Positions 24,663 to 35,013 of a DNA stretch of 64,000 nt are shown here, one piece after another. The stretch's first letter is position 1; every line of letters starts with the position of its first letter. This DNA is from an uncultured Acidobacteriota bacterium. GTDB taxonomy: Bacteria; Acidobacteriota; Terriglobia; Terriglobales; Acidobacteriaceae. The notes beneath the pieces are model-generated. The model worked only from the letters and a program-made list of their open reading frames with translations. It did not search any database and was not told the origin of the DNA. The stretch spans positions 48,002 through 112,001 of the forward strand of contig CAVTHF010000003.1 in NCBI GenBank assembly GCA_963734415.1, written 5' to 3'. The translations under genes and the position numbers were made by a program.

Positions 24663-25793
24663 GTGCTCCCGATGCGCGAACTGGCCCGGAAGATTGCAGC
24701 TGTCACCGGCCCAGGAGCGGTCGCTCTGGAGGTCACCAACCGGTCGTCACTGAGTTCGACCGAGGCCGATGACGTTCGCCGTGGATTGTGGACGGAGTTG
24801 GGGGCGCTCGGGCTTCATTTTGTCGGCGCCGATCAAGCCGCGGCTACGGTACGGGTTACTTTATCGGAAAACCTGCGGAACTATGTTTGGGTCGCGGAAA
24901 TTCAGGTCGGGAACAATGAGCCTTCAGTGGTGATGGTGACCTCGCGGCGGCTGGAACCTGCCGCGGGAGAGCATTCGAGCGCGTCGTTGACCATTCATAA
25001 AGCTCCACTTTGGACAGACGAGAACCGTATTCTGGATGTTGCTCTGCCGACCAGCAGCCCGCAGATCATGATCGTTCTCGAGCCTGAGAAGGCTGCCCTC
25101 TACGCGGTGCAGAACGGCCACTGGCAAGCACAGCAGACGTTTGCCATCACGCATTCGCGTCCCTGGCCACGTGATCTGAGGGGGCGACTGGTTTTGAGAA
25201 AAGATCACCTGTTCGATGCTTACTTACCGGGTGTGTTGTGCCAGAGCACTACGGCGTCTCCGTTGGCCCTTAAGTGCCGCGAGAGCGACGACCCGTGGCC
25301 GCTGGCGACAGAGCCTTCTGCGTTGAGCGCGTTCTACACCCCCGCACGAAACTTCTTTACCGGAGCGCTTTCGCCCGGCGTTCAGAAACAAACTGCAACT
25401 GCCCCCTTCTACTCCGCAGCAGCACTTCCCAGAGAAAAGTACACGCTATGGATATTCAGCACAGTGGATGGACAAATTCATTTGCTTGATGGCATGACCG
25501 ACCAGACGGCGACAAAGTTAGGCTGGGGCAGCGATATCGCGAGCGTGAAGAGTGGTTGTGGACTGGGGTGGCAGGTGCTGGCGACGTCGCGCGGGGATGG
25601 TTCGGGGGACACAGTACAGGCGTTCGAGATTGCCGACCGCGAGCCGGTGGCGGTGAGCGCGCCAGTTGAGTTTGACGGCGGCATAACAGCTTTGTGGGCG
25701 GATTCCGACAGCGCCAGCGCGATTGCCGTCGCACAAGATTCGGAGACAGGCCAATATGAGGCGTGGAGGCTTTCCATTACTTGCAGCCGGTAG
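24663..25793 (+). CDS. Hypothetical protein, probably secreted. A signal peptide appears in the adjacent frame at 24575-24661, implying a +1 frameshift at about 24662.
   Basis: Frame 2 encodes MSLLRAYSFRALCFLLLIVPATAVSAADW. Frame 0 continues VLPMRELARKIAAVTGPGAVALEV... The C-terminal part has repeated-strand character. Confidence 0.55.
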   Translation: MLPMRELARKIAAVTGPGAVALEVTNRSSLSSTEADDVRRGLWTELGALGLHFVGADQAAATVRVTLSENLRNYVWVAEIQVGNNEPSVVMVTSRRLEPAAGEHSSASLTIHKAPLWTDENRILDVALPTSSPQIMIVLEPEKAALYAVQNGHWQAQQTFAITHSRPWPRDLRGRLVLRKDHLFDAYLPGVLCQSTTASPLALKCRESDDPWPLATEPSALSAFYTPARNFFTGALSPGVQKQTATAPFYSAAALPREKYTLWIFSTVDGQIHLLDGMTDQTATKLGWGSDIASVKSGCGLGWQVLATSRGDGSGDTVQAFEIADREPVAVSAPVEFDGGITALWADSDSASAIAVAQDSETGQYEAWRLSITCSR

Positions 25794-27112
25794 TCTGCTT
25801 CTGGCTGTGGTGGCGGGCGCGGCGACGCGTCCGCATTACGGCGGAACGCTGCATGTCTGCCTGCGCGCTGCGCCGAGTTCTCTGGAGCCCCATCAGGCGG
25901 AATGGGCAGGGGCCGGCAATGTTCTCAGTCTGCTTTTCGATACGCTGGTCGCGCTGGACGAGCAAGGCCGGGCACAACCGGCCCTGGCCACCGCTTGGCA
26001 AGCCGAATCTGGCAATCAGCGCTGGCAGTTCTCCCTGAGGCGGGGGGTGACTTTCCCGGATGGAACACCGTTGACACCGGAGTTCGTCGCCACATCGTTG
26101 CGGGCGGACAATTCCAGCTGGAAGGTGTCGTCGAGCGGCGACACGGTGATCATTGAACGGGATTCACCCGCGCCCGAGCTGCCCGCAGAGCTGGCTCTGC
26201 CTCGTAACAGCATCGTGAAGCGCGAAGGCGGAAAAGTTGCCGGCACGGGTCCTTACGTGATCACGCAATGGGATCCCGGGAAGAAGCTGGTGGTGACAGC
26301 GCGCGAAGACTACTGGGGTGGACGTCCGTTCCTGGATTCAATTGCAGTTGAGTTCGGGCAAGAGTTTTCGCGAGCAGATGGTTGCCTTCGATTTGGGCAA
26401 CACCCAGGTGATCGAGGTCGCTCCCGAGCAGGCGCACCGGGCAGCGACGGAAGGCCGCCATATTGAGACTTCGTCACCCATCGAACTGGTGGCCCTGGTT
26501 TTCAATAGCGATCCACAGTCAGTGGCAGATTCAAAACAACGTGAGGCGCTCTCGCTGAGTATTGACCGTCGGCTGCTCAGTTCCGTGGTGCTGCAAAATG
26601 GCGGTGAGCCTGCCGGTGGTCTGTTACCGAACTGGATGACAGGCTACGGATTTCTGTTTCCGGTTGATGTCAACCTGGTGCGCGCGCAGCAAGAGCGGGC
26701 TGAAGTGCCGGAAACCAGTGTCTGGAACCTGGGACTTGATGGCAATGATCCAATCGAACGGGTGCTGGCGGAACGAATCGCTCTGAACGCGCGTGACGCC
26801 GGACTGCGGCTCCAGCTGGCTACCGGGGCTTCTGACGTCCGGCTGGTCCATGTGAAGGTGGCTTCGCTCGAGCCCCAGGCTGCTCTTGCAGATCTGACCA
26901 CGGCACTCGGTCTTTCCCCGCCGAAGATCAACGGCAGCTCTGTGGACGATCTATACACGGCTGAAAACACGCTCTTGAAATCCCAGCGGGTGGTTCCGCT
27001 GCTGCATCTGCGAACTGCCTGCGCGGTGTCTAAGACAGTGAAGAATTGGAGCGAAGCTCGCAATGGGGCCTGGCGGTTGCCGGACGTCTGGCTGGGCGCG
27101 GAGCGGCCATGA
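25756..27112 (+). pseudogene. Family-5 (peptide/nickel-type) solute-binding-protein-like protein; one +1 frameshift
   Basis: MRRGGFPLLAAGSLLLAVVAGAATRPHYGGTLHV...DYWGGRPFLDSIAVEFG, then an extra C at about 26359, then KSFREQMVAFDLGNTQVIEVAPEQ... (ORF 26318-27112). Confidence 0.75.
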
Positions 27113-28920
27113 ATCTTCGGCGGAAACTTCTGGCGGCCCTGGCGCTGATTGCGGTGCTGTCGGTTGCGGCAGTGGCCTGGATCATTTCTTCTCTGGTTCG
27201 GCGTTCGTTCGAGAAAACAAATGGAGAGCGTACGGTGGCCCTGGTGGAGCAGTTCCACCGCGACTTCGCCCGGCAGGGCGAGGAAGTCGTGCGGCGGGTG
27301 GGGACGATCGCTGCGGGAGATACCGCAACCCGTATGGCCTTGACGCTGGGCCATGGCTCTCCGGACTTCGCCATTTTTCTGAATGAAGCCAAGGCAACCG
27401 CCGAGAACCAACAACTGGATTTTCTCGAATTTGTCGACGGTCAAGGAACGATTCTTTCTTCCGCGCAGTGGCCGGCAAAATTTGGATACAAGGACGTTCT
27501 GGTCAGCCGAGCAATTCCCAAGGACGCCTTTCTGAAGCGTGAAGAGCTACCGGATGGTGCAGCCCTGGGCGTGTTCGCGGTCCACGCGGTGAGCATTGGG
27601 GACAAGCCACTTTTTGTCATCGGGGGACGGCGGCTGGATCGGGATTTTCTGGCCCGACTCGAACCTCCGCCAGGCATGCGGGCGATGCTCTATCAAAACC
27701 TGGAAGGCGAATTTTCGCCCAAACTTCTCATCAACGGCTCGGGTGCGCTGCAAGTAGCCGATCCGGTGGTTCCACTCATCCGGCAAGTGCAGCAGCAACA
27801 GCGAGAAGTCATTGCGCTCGTCCATTGGTCTTCGAATGCGGCTGACGATGAAACTGTGGATGCGATTCCGCTCACTGGCCTGGACCGCGAACTCCTGGGA
27901 GTACTGCTGGTGGGGGATTCGCGGCGGCCTTATGTGGAGATTCGCCAGCAGATCCGCACTGCGGCGATGCTCGGGGCGGCTGTGGGCGTTGTGCTCGCAA
28001 TTCTATTGAGTGGTTGGGCGGCGGCGCGGGTTACACGCCCGGTGGAACAACTTGCCCAAGCCGCACGGCAGGTTGCCGAGGGCGACTGGCATGCCCAGGT
28101 CGCGGTGACTTCGGCGGACGAACTGGGGGAACTGGCCGAGTCCTTCAATCGCATGACCAACGAGCTATTGCAGCAGAAGGAGCAGCTGGTGCAGTCCGAG
28201 CGGGTGGCAGCATGGCGGGAACTGGCTCGGCGTTTGGCGCACGAGCTGAAGAATCCCCTTTTCCCGCTTCAACTCACGGTCGAGAATCTATTGCGCGCCC
28301 GGCAGCAGAGTCCGCAACAGTTCGAGGAGATCTTCACGGAGAGTGCGTCCATGCTACTGGCGGAGATCTCGAATCTGAAGACGATCGTCGCGCGCTTCAG
28401 CGAGTTTTCCAGAATGCCGCAGCCGCAGTTTCAGCGCGTCGGGCTGAACGAGGTGGTTGAAAGTGTCGTCCGTTTGTTTCAGGCGCAGCTACGCGCCCCG
28501 GAACGCGCAGCGATCGAATGTAGACTGGAACTGGCCGAGGCTATGCCGCCGATTGCTGCCGATCCGGAGCTGTTGCACCGGGCACTGTCGAATCTGGTGC
28601 TGAATGCGATGGATGCCATGGCACAGGGTGGCACACTGACTTTGCGCACGCGACAGGAGGGCGAGTGGACGGTGCTCGAGGTGGTGGACACCGGCACTGG
28701 GCTCACCCCGGAGGAGTGCGATCGCCTGTTCACCCCGTACTACACCAGCAAGGCGCATGGCACCGGGCTGGGACTCGCCATCGTGCAATCGGTGATCAGC
28801 GATCACGGGGGCCGGATCAGCGTGCGCAGCCATGCCGGCCACGGAACTACCTTCGTGATCGAGTTGCCGGGAAATACCGACAAATTGCGGACAGCACAAG
28901 TTGCCGCCGCCACACCTTGA
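27109..28920 (+). CDS. Sensor histidine kinase (two TM helices, about 290-aa periplasmic domain, HAMP, HisKA, HATPase_c)
   Basis: HAMP is RVTRPVEQLAQAARQVAEGDW...ELGELAESFNRMTNEL. The H-box is LARRLAHELKNPL. The N/G boxes are LVLNAMDAM, DTGTGL and GTGLGLAIV. ATGA overlap with the SBP gene. Confidence 0.9.
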   Translation: MNLRRKLLAALALIAVLSVAAVAWIISSLVRRSFEKTNGERTVALVEQFHRDFARQGEEVVRRVGTIAAGDTATRMALTLGHGSPDFAIFLNEAKATAENQQLDFLEFVDGQGTILSSAQWPAKFGYKDVLVSRAIPKDAFLKREELPDGAALGVFAVHAVSIGDKPLFVIGGRRLDRDFLARLEPPPGMRAMLYQNLEGEFSPKLLINGSGALQVADPVVPLIRQVQQQQREVIALVHWSSNAADDETVDAIPLTGLDRELLGVLLVGDSRRPYVEIRQQIRTAAMLGAAVGVVLAILLSGWAAARVTRPVEQLAQAARQVAEGDWHAQVAVTSADELGELAESFNRMTNELLQQKEQLVQSERVAAWRELARRLAHELKNPLFPLQLTVENLLRARQQSPQQFEEIFTESASMLLAEISNLKTIVARFSEFSRMPQPQFQRVGLNEVVESVVRLFQAQLRAPERAAIECRLELAEAMPPIAADPELLHRALSNLVLNAMDAMAQGGTLTLRTRQEGEWTVLEVVDTGTGLTPEECDRLFTPYYTSKAHGTGLGLAIVQSVISDHGGRISVRSHAGHGTTFVIELPGNTDKLRTAQVAAATP

Positions 28921-28930
28921 GGAGCGCTCC

Positions 28931-30313
28931 GTGCCACAGCCAGCAAATCTCCTGATCGTGGATGACGAGGCCAACACTCTGGCGTCGCTGTCGCGAGCGT
29001 TCCGTCTAGCCGGCCATGAAGCTTCGGTGTGTGACAATGCTGCGAAAGCACTCGAACTCGCCAAAGCACAACCGTTTGACTTGATCTTCTGCGATGTAGT
29101 CATGCCGGTCAAAGACGGCCTTTCGTTTCTCGAAAATCTGCGCGCCCAGGGAAACGAGACTCCCGTGGTTATGATGTCGGGTCAAGCCCACATCGAAATG
29201 GCGGTGCGGGCTACGCGCCTGGGAGCCATGGACTTTCTGGAAAAACCCATTTCCACTGACCGGTTGTTGCTGACCGTAGAGAATGTGCTCAAGCTCAAGC
29301 AACTGGAAGCGGAAAACCGCCAACTGCGCCAGCGCCTGGGAAAACATGAGATGGTCTGGTCCGGGGAAGTTATGCGAAGACTCATGGCACAAGTGGAACG
29401 AGTTGCGGCCAGCGAGACGCGAGTTTGCATCCTGGGAGAAACGGGCACGGGAAAGGAACTGGTCGCGCGCACTCTGCATAACCAGAGCGCGCGCGCCAAG
29501 GGACCATTCGTGACTCTGAATTGCGCTGCAGTACCGGCGGAGTTGATCGAGTCGGAGCTTTTTGGCCATGAGAAAGGCGCGTTCACCGGGGCGGCGGGAC
29601 GTCATATTGGGAAGTTCGAGCAAGCGGAGCGGGGAACAATTTTTCTTGACGAGATCGGGGACATGCCGCTAGCGATGCAGGCCAAACTGCTGCGGGTTCT
29701 GGAAGAGGGTGAAATCGAACGAGTTGGTGGAGATAAGCCGATCCCCGTCGACGTGCGTGTGGTGGTGGCTACGCATCGCAACCTGGAAGCTTTGGTCCGC
29801 GAAGGGAAATTCCGCCAGGACCTATTTCATCGGGTGTTCGTATTTCCGCTGGTGTTACCTCCATTGCGTGAACGCCGCGAAGACATTCCGGTGCTGGTGG
29901 CCCACTTCGCCGCTCAAGTTTGTGCTCAGAACAGTTGGAAACCGATTGCTTTTGGTCCCGGGGCCATTGAGAAGCTCACACAGCATTCCTGGCCGGGAAA
30001 TGTCCGAGAGTTGCGCAATGTGGTGGAGCGGTTGATGCTGCTGGCGACCGAAAACGGGGTCACGGAGGAAACGGTTGGCCTGGTCCTGCCGGCCGCAGGG
30101 TCTGCGCTTCCATCGAGTATCGGCTCGGGCCCCCTGGCTGAGCGCGTACAAGGCTTCGAGAGGGAAACCATTCTCGCCGAGTTGAAGCGCACCAGTTACC
30201 AGATCACAAAAGCCGCGAAGGCGCTGGGCCTGGAGCGCAGCCATCTTTACAAAAAGGCCGAGCAGCTTGGGATTAACATCCAAAAACAACGCCGAGAAGA
30301 TGAGGAAGCCTGA
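28931..30313 (+). CDS. Sigma-54-dependent Fis-family response regulator (NtrC-like)
   Basis: Receiver domain LLIVDDE...DLIFCDVVMP. AAA+ domain GETGTGKELVAR and ESELFGHEKGAFTGA (GAFTGA). C-terminal Fis HTH. GAGGAG RBS with a GTG start at 28931. Confidence 0.9.
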   Translation: MPQPANLLIVDDEANTLASLSRAFRLAGHEASVCDNAAKALELAKAQPFDLIFCDVVMPVKDGLSFLENLRAQGNETPVVMMSGQAHIEMAVRATRLGAMDFLEKPISTDRLLLTVENVLKLKQLEAENRQLRQRLGKHEMVWSGEVMRRLMAQVERVAASETRVCILGETGTGKELVARTLHNQSARAKGPFVTLNCAAVPAELIESELFGHEKGAFTGAAGRHIGKFEQAERGTIFLDEIGDMPLAMQAKLLRVLEEGEIERVGGDKPIPVDVRVVVATHRNLEALVREGKFRQDLFHRVFVFPLVLPPLRERREDIPVLVAHFAAQVCAQNSWKPIAFGPGAIEKLTQHSWPGNVRELRNVVERLMLLATENGVTEETVGLVLPAAGSALPSSIGSGPLAERVQGFERETILAELKRTSYQITKAAKALGLERSHLYKKAEQLGINIQKQRREDEEA

Positions 30314-30325
30314 TGGCGGCAGGCG

Positions 30326-31183
30326 TCAAGCCGGCGGGGTGGAATACGAAGCCTTTCTTTCCGACAGGTACGCGCGCAGGGCCTCCTGCCAGTGCGGCAT
30401 GTCGATTCCGTACTTGCTCCGGCTCTTGGCAGATAGCACGGAGTATTTCGGACGCTTGGCGGGACGGACAAACTTTTCACTGGTAGTCGGCCGTACCACG
30501 GTGTTCAAACCTGCGTCACGGATAGTTTCGCGAGCCAACTCAAACCAGGAACAATCTCCGGAGTTGGTTGCATGGACAATTCCCGCAGCCTGCTTACGAC
30601 AAAGTTGGACGATGGCGCGGGCCAAGTCGGGCGCATAAGTCGGGCGGCCGCGCTGATCGTCAACCACATCGATCTCGGGCTTGGTTTCCGCAATTCTGAG
30701 GATGGTGTCTGGGAAACATTTACCACCGGTTCCAAACAGCCATGAGGTTCTGACAATGCAGCAATCCGGCAAGGTCTGAAGCAAGCGCTCTTCCGCCTGG
30801 GCTTTTGATTTTCCATAAACACTCTGCGGCGCGCGAGGATGGTCGGTTTCGTAAGGAGTCGTGCTCAGACCATCAAACACATAGTCGGTGCTGAGAAAGA
30901 GCAGGCGGGAACCGCAGGTTTTGGCAGCTTGTGCGACGTTGACTGCGCCGGTGCAATTTACGGCGAAGGCGCGCTCACGATCGGCCTCGCAGCCATCCAC
31001 GTCGGTGTATGCAGCGGCCAGGACAATCCACTCCGGCCGGGTGCGGCTGACGGCCGCAAGCACCTGCTGCGGGTCGCGGATGTCGGCGTCCCTGGAGCCG
31101 AGGCCGGTTACTTCATCTGACGTCCACTCGCGGACCAGCGCCTTGCCGAGCAGTCCGGTAGCGCCGAAAATCGTGACTCGCAT
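30326..31183 (-). CDS. rfbD: dTDP-4-dehydrorhamnose reductase
   Basis: MRVTIFGATGLLGKAL...LLFLSTDYVFDG...PQSVYGKSKAQAEE. Confidence 0.85.
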   Translation of the reverse strand: MRVTIFGATGLLGKALVREWTSDEVTGLGSRDADIRDPQQVLAAVSRTRPEWIVLAAAYTDVDGCEADRERAFAVNCTGAVNVAQAAKTCGSRLLFLSTDYVFDGLSTTPYETDHPRAPQSVYGKSKAQAEERLLQTLPDCCIVRTSWLFGTGGKCFPDTILRIAETKPEIDVVDDQRGRPTYAPDLARAIVQLCRKQAAGIVHATNSGDCSWFELARETIRDAGLNTVVRPTTSEKFVRPAKRPKYSVLSAKSRSKYGIDMPHWQEALRAYLSERKASYSTPPA

Positions 31184-31297
31184 GCTCTGTTTTCTCTCGC
31201 AACAACGCTAGAGAATCAACATAGCACACGAGCATTCGGCGCCCGGCTGAAACGCCCAAACACCCCTTTACTCCCCTATCCTGTATTTTTCAGGGGT

Positions 31298-33739
31298 TTA
31301 CGCAGCCCGTTTCGATGGTGTGGCCGAGGGTTTTGCGAGGGCGCCGGGTGCAGGCTGGCCTTGCGCCGCGGGGCCACGGCCAGCTAAGTTCTCATAGACA
31401 GAGCTAATCTCCCGCGTAATCCCAGGCCACTGGTATTGGTCTCGTACTCGGTCCTGCGCAAGGCGGCCAGCAGTGGTTCGCATACGCTCGTGGGAGAGCA
31501 ATAGATCCAACATGCGTGCGAGGTCCACGACGTCTCCCGCATGAAAAGTGAAACCGGCACCTTCGACGACTTCGCGGTTTTCCGGAACATCACTGGTCAG
31601 CACGCAGGTGCCTGCTCCCATCGCATCCAGCAAGGCCAATGAGAGCCCTTCAAGGTCGGAGGGCAGAACAAACAGAGCGGCGTTGGTGAGCAGTTCAGTG
31701 AGGGCGTCGCCGGCGACCCAATCGGTAAAGACCACCCGCTCACTGGCGCGGCAGCGCAGACTCTTTGCATACGCATCGGTATGGCTGGATCCGCCAGCAA
31801 GAACCAGCTTCACTGGCGTTGCCAGCCTCTCATAGGCGTCGATCAGGAGATGACAATTCTTCTCCGGAGAGAGTCTGCCGGCAAAAAGAATGTAGTTGTC
31901 TGGTTCCAGCCCCCATTGAGTGAGAGAAGACGAGCCACTGCGTTGACGAAGTGTAGCGCCGTTGGGCACGTAGGTGGCCTCGATCCCATAGTTGAGCCGG
32001 TAATATTCCTGCAAGGCATGGGAGACGACCATGGTAGCGTCTGGACTTCGCGCCGAGGCCAATTCCCCGAGACGAAGAACCCGGGAGGCGACGCGTCCCC
32101 ATTTTTTTCTGCGCCAGTCTAAACCCTGCACCGTCACCGCCGTTTTCTTGCCAAAGAGACGCGGGAAGAACGAAAACAGTGCCGGGCCCTGGGCATGATA
32201 GTGGACAATGTCGCATCCGCTGAACGCGGCATGAAGAGTGCTTAGGAGGGTGTGAACCAGGGTTTCCAAATGCTTGGAGCGGATCGTCGGCAAGCGCACC
32301 AGGCGCATACCGTTGTATGTCTTCCGAGCGGGAGTAAAGTAGGTGCGGCAATACACGGTGACGTCGTATCCGAGTTCCACCAGACGTTTGCCGACCTCTT
32401 CGTAGTAGGCTTCGATGCCGCTGTACTTCGAAACTACGCCACGTCCGCCGACGAAGGCCACGCGCATTCGCTTTCTGGAGGCCACGACCGCGCGGCTGGA
32501 GCCTGGTCGCCGTGCTTTTGTGCATACCTTCTCGTAGAGCTGCATCAATTCCTGGTAGTGGGCCTCAGGGGAGTGGTTCCTAGCCACCAACTGGCGGCCA
32601 GCAACGCCCATTTCTTGCACTTGCTGTGGCCGCTGCGCCAGGTAAGCAATGGCCCCGCTTAGCAGCTCCACATTGCCGGGCGGATAGAGAAGGCCGGTTT
32701 CGCCCTCGCGCACCAACTCGCGCCGCGAACCCAAGTCGGAGGCCACCACCGGACGCTGCCAGGCGTAGGACTCGAGAATGCTCTTGCCGAGGGTTTCATA
32801 GGCCAGCGAAGGCAGGATCGTGAAACGCGCCGCCGCGATCCTGCGTCCCAGGTCCTTGCCGGTCAAGTGGCCGGTGAACTCGACGTTCTCGAGGCTCAGC
32901 GTGCGAGCCAGTTCCTCGAGTTCAGCCCGTTGTGGTCCGTCGCCGGCGACTTGCAACTGGACCTGTGGCAAGGCCTTCATCGCGCGGAGTAGGTGGTCCA
33001 CACCTTTTTCCGGCGACAAACGCCCAAAATAGAGTACGGGGGCGCCGTTCGGGGCAGGCAGCGCCGCCTCGGGGAGGTTTTGAAAATGTGGGAGCACAGC
33101 GATTTTATCCCCGCTGAACCCGTTGTGAGTCAGTTGCTCCTTGGCAAATTGGCTCGGAGTCAGGAAGTGGTTTACGCATTTGCCGTAGGTGCCGATCCAG
33201 TGGTGAACATATGCCTCGGCCATCAACAGCGTCGCTGAAGTAAGCGGGCCTTCATAGCAGCCTTTGCTTAACATCTTCCAATAGTGCCCGGTACACGATT
33301 GCTCACAGGCCCGGCCGTTGGTGACCATGTTGTAGACGGGACAGATCATCTTGAAGTCATTGAGGTGATAAACGGTTGGGATTTCCAGCTCTTTCAACTC
33401 CCAAAGGATCGAGGGTGAGAGGTGATGATAGATGTTGCGGACGTGCGCAATATCGGGCTGAAACTTCTGCACCATCTTCCGCAGCCGGGCCCGGGCGTCG
33501 GTGGAATAGATGGCATGGGCTCCGAGTTTGGCACGAGCCAGCCATCCCGCGGTGTTGTCCTTGAATTCGATGTGCGGGACAAGAAATTGGTCATAGGCGG
33601 TGGGTTCCCCGCGTGAATCAGCCATCGAGAACAAAGCGACTTGGTGTCCTTGTGAGCGCAGCAGTTCCATCAGTTCGAAGAGGTAGACTTCAGTACCGCT
33701 GAAGGGGAAGTTGTACTTATTGCAAAAGAGGATCTTCAT
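31298..33739 (-). CDS. Fused double glycosyltransferase (two GT4 modules, 813 aa)
   Basis: Module 1 is MKILFCNKYNFPFSGTEVYLFELMELLRSQGHQV...YETLGKSILESYAWQRPVVASD. A linker ...CTKARRPGSSRAVVASRKR follows. Module 2 is MRVAFVGGRGVVSKYSGIEAYYEEVGKRLVELGYDV...EGLSLALLDAMGAGTCVLTSD. Confidence 0.8.
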   Translation of the reverse strand: MKILFCNKYNFPFSGTEVYLFELMELLRSQGHQVALFSMADSRGEPTAYDQFLVPHIEFKDNTAGWLARAKLGAHAIYSTDARARLRKMVQKFQPDIAHVRNIYHHLSPSILWELKELEIPTVYHLNDFKMICPVYNMVTNGRACEQSCTGHYWKMLSKGCYEGPLTSATLLMAEAYVHHWIGTYGKCVNHFLTPSQFAKEQLTHNGFSGDKIAVLPHFQNLPEAALPAPNGAPVLYFGRLSPEKGVDHLLRAMKALPQVQLQVAGDGPQRAELEELARTLSLENVEFTGHLTGKDLGRRIAAARFTILPSLAYETLGKSILESYAWQRPVVASDLGSRRELVREGETGLLYPPGNVELLSGAIAYLAQRPQQVQEMGVAGRQLVARNHSPEAHYQELMQLYEKVCTKARRPGSSRAVVASRKRMRVAFVGGRGVVSKYSGIEAYYEEVGKRLVELGYDVTVYCRTYFTPARKTYNGMRLVRLPTIRSKHLETLVHTLLSTLHAAFSGCDIVHYHAQGPALFSFFPRLFGKKTAVTVQGLDWRRKKWGRVASRVLRLGELASARSPDATMVVSHALQEYYRLNYGIEATYVPNGATLRQRSGSSSLTQWGLEPDNYILFAGRLSPEKNCHLLIDAYERLATPVKLVLAGGSSHTDAYAKSLRCRASERVVFTDWVAGDALTELLTNAALFVLPSDLEGLSLALLDAMGAGTCVLTSDVPENREVVEGAGFTFHAGDVVDLARMLDLLLSHERMRTTAGRLAQDRVRDQYQWPGITREISSVYENLAGRGPAAQGQPAPGALAKPSATPSKRAA

Positions 33740-34981
33740 AAATAGCGCTCACATTTTCTGGGCCGGTGCCCGGAACAGGTATGGGTCGAGCTTTAAGGCA
33801 GGCAGTGAAGAGATCGCAGATCGCGGCCAGATTTGTTTCCCGATTGAAATGCTTGTGGACATGCTCCCGAGCCGCCTGTTGCAAGGAGCCCAGGGTCGAT
33901 TGTGCCTCCATGACGAACGTGACCCGGGACAGGAAATCATCGAGCGATCCGGCCTGATAGAGAAATCCAGTCTCGCCGTTGACGACCAGTTCCGGAATGC
34001 CGGTGATTGCCGGAGCTAGCACTGGCTTCCCGCGCATCATTGCCTCCATCAGGACAAGCGGGATGCCTTCGCTGCGGCTGGTGAGGACGACCAGGTCGGC
34101 GCGGCCATATTCCTCGTCCAGTTGGCCGCGGGACAGTGGTCCCAGCAGCCGAACTTCGGACTGGAGGTCGAAGTCTCGAATCATTCCCTCGAGGGACCGG
34201 CGCTCGGGACCTTCTCCAGCGATCCGGCACTCAAATCGCAGGCCACGACATTTCAGAAGCCAGCAGGCCTCTACCAGAAATGCCTGATTCTTGATGAAAT
34301 GCAGTCTGCCGACGGTCAGATGGAAAAAACTGGACTCTTTTCAGCGCGCGGGTGCTTGCTCTCGGGGTCTTCTACTCCCAAGCGCCGCACCAGAATTTTC
34401 CCCGGTGCGACGCCGGGGTAGTGCGTCAAAATGTGCCGGCGGTTGAATTCGGAAATGTTCACGCAAAACCTGCATTGCTTCAGTTTGAGCTCGAGAAAGA
34501 CAGGGTCGAGGAGAAGATCGGATCCGTGCAGCGTCATGCTGAAGCCGACGCCAAGCAGGCGCGCCGCCACCATGGCGACCCAGGATCCGAAATATCCGTG
34601 ATGCACATGGATGTGCTCCACGTCACGGGGTTGGAGTAACGCGGCGTAATAGGCACCCAGCAGAGTGTGGGGCAACGCTGACAGCCGTCGCCTCAATGGC
34701 TCCCGGCCCTGGAAGAGAGCGTGGCGGAAAAAACCGGCCAGGACTGACAGTTTCGCTACACACAGCCAGGCTGCACAAAGCAGTGGCTTGAGCTGCAGCG
34801 GCTGGAAATATATGGTCTCGGCGGCGAAAGACTGCAGGTCCTTGTTCGGCCCAGGCTTCGCGCCCCGCGCGCTATATGGAAATACAGTTATGCCGAGGCG
34901 GCGGAGTTCACGAATCTCGTCGACCACATAAGGCTCGACCGGTGACGGAAAAAGATTGGCAAGATATGCAATGGTGGGCAT
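33717..34981 (-). pseudogene. GT4 glycosyltransferase (WcaL-like); -1 frameshift in a T run
   Basis: The N-terminal half reads MPTIAYLANLFPSPVEPYVVDEIRELRRLGITV...HVHHGYFGSWVAMVAARLLG...ESKHPRAEKSPVF. The frame then changes within a T6 run (A6 on the plus strand at 34324-34329). It continues FHLTVGRLHFIKNQAFLVEAC...SEGIPLVLMEAMMRGKPVLAPAITGIPELV. Confidence 0.75.
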
Positions 34982-35013
34982 GGAGATTGAACGGTGGTGT
35001 TGCCGAGAAGCGA

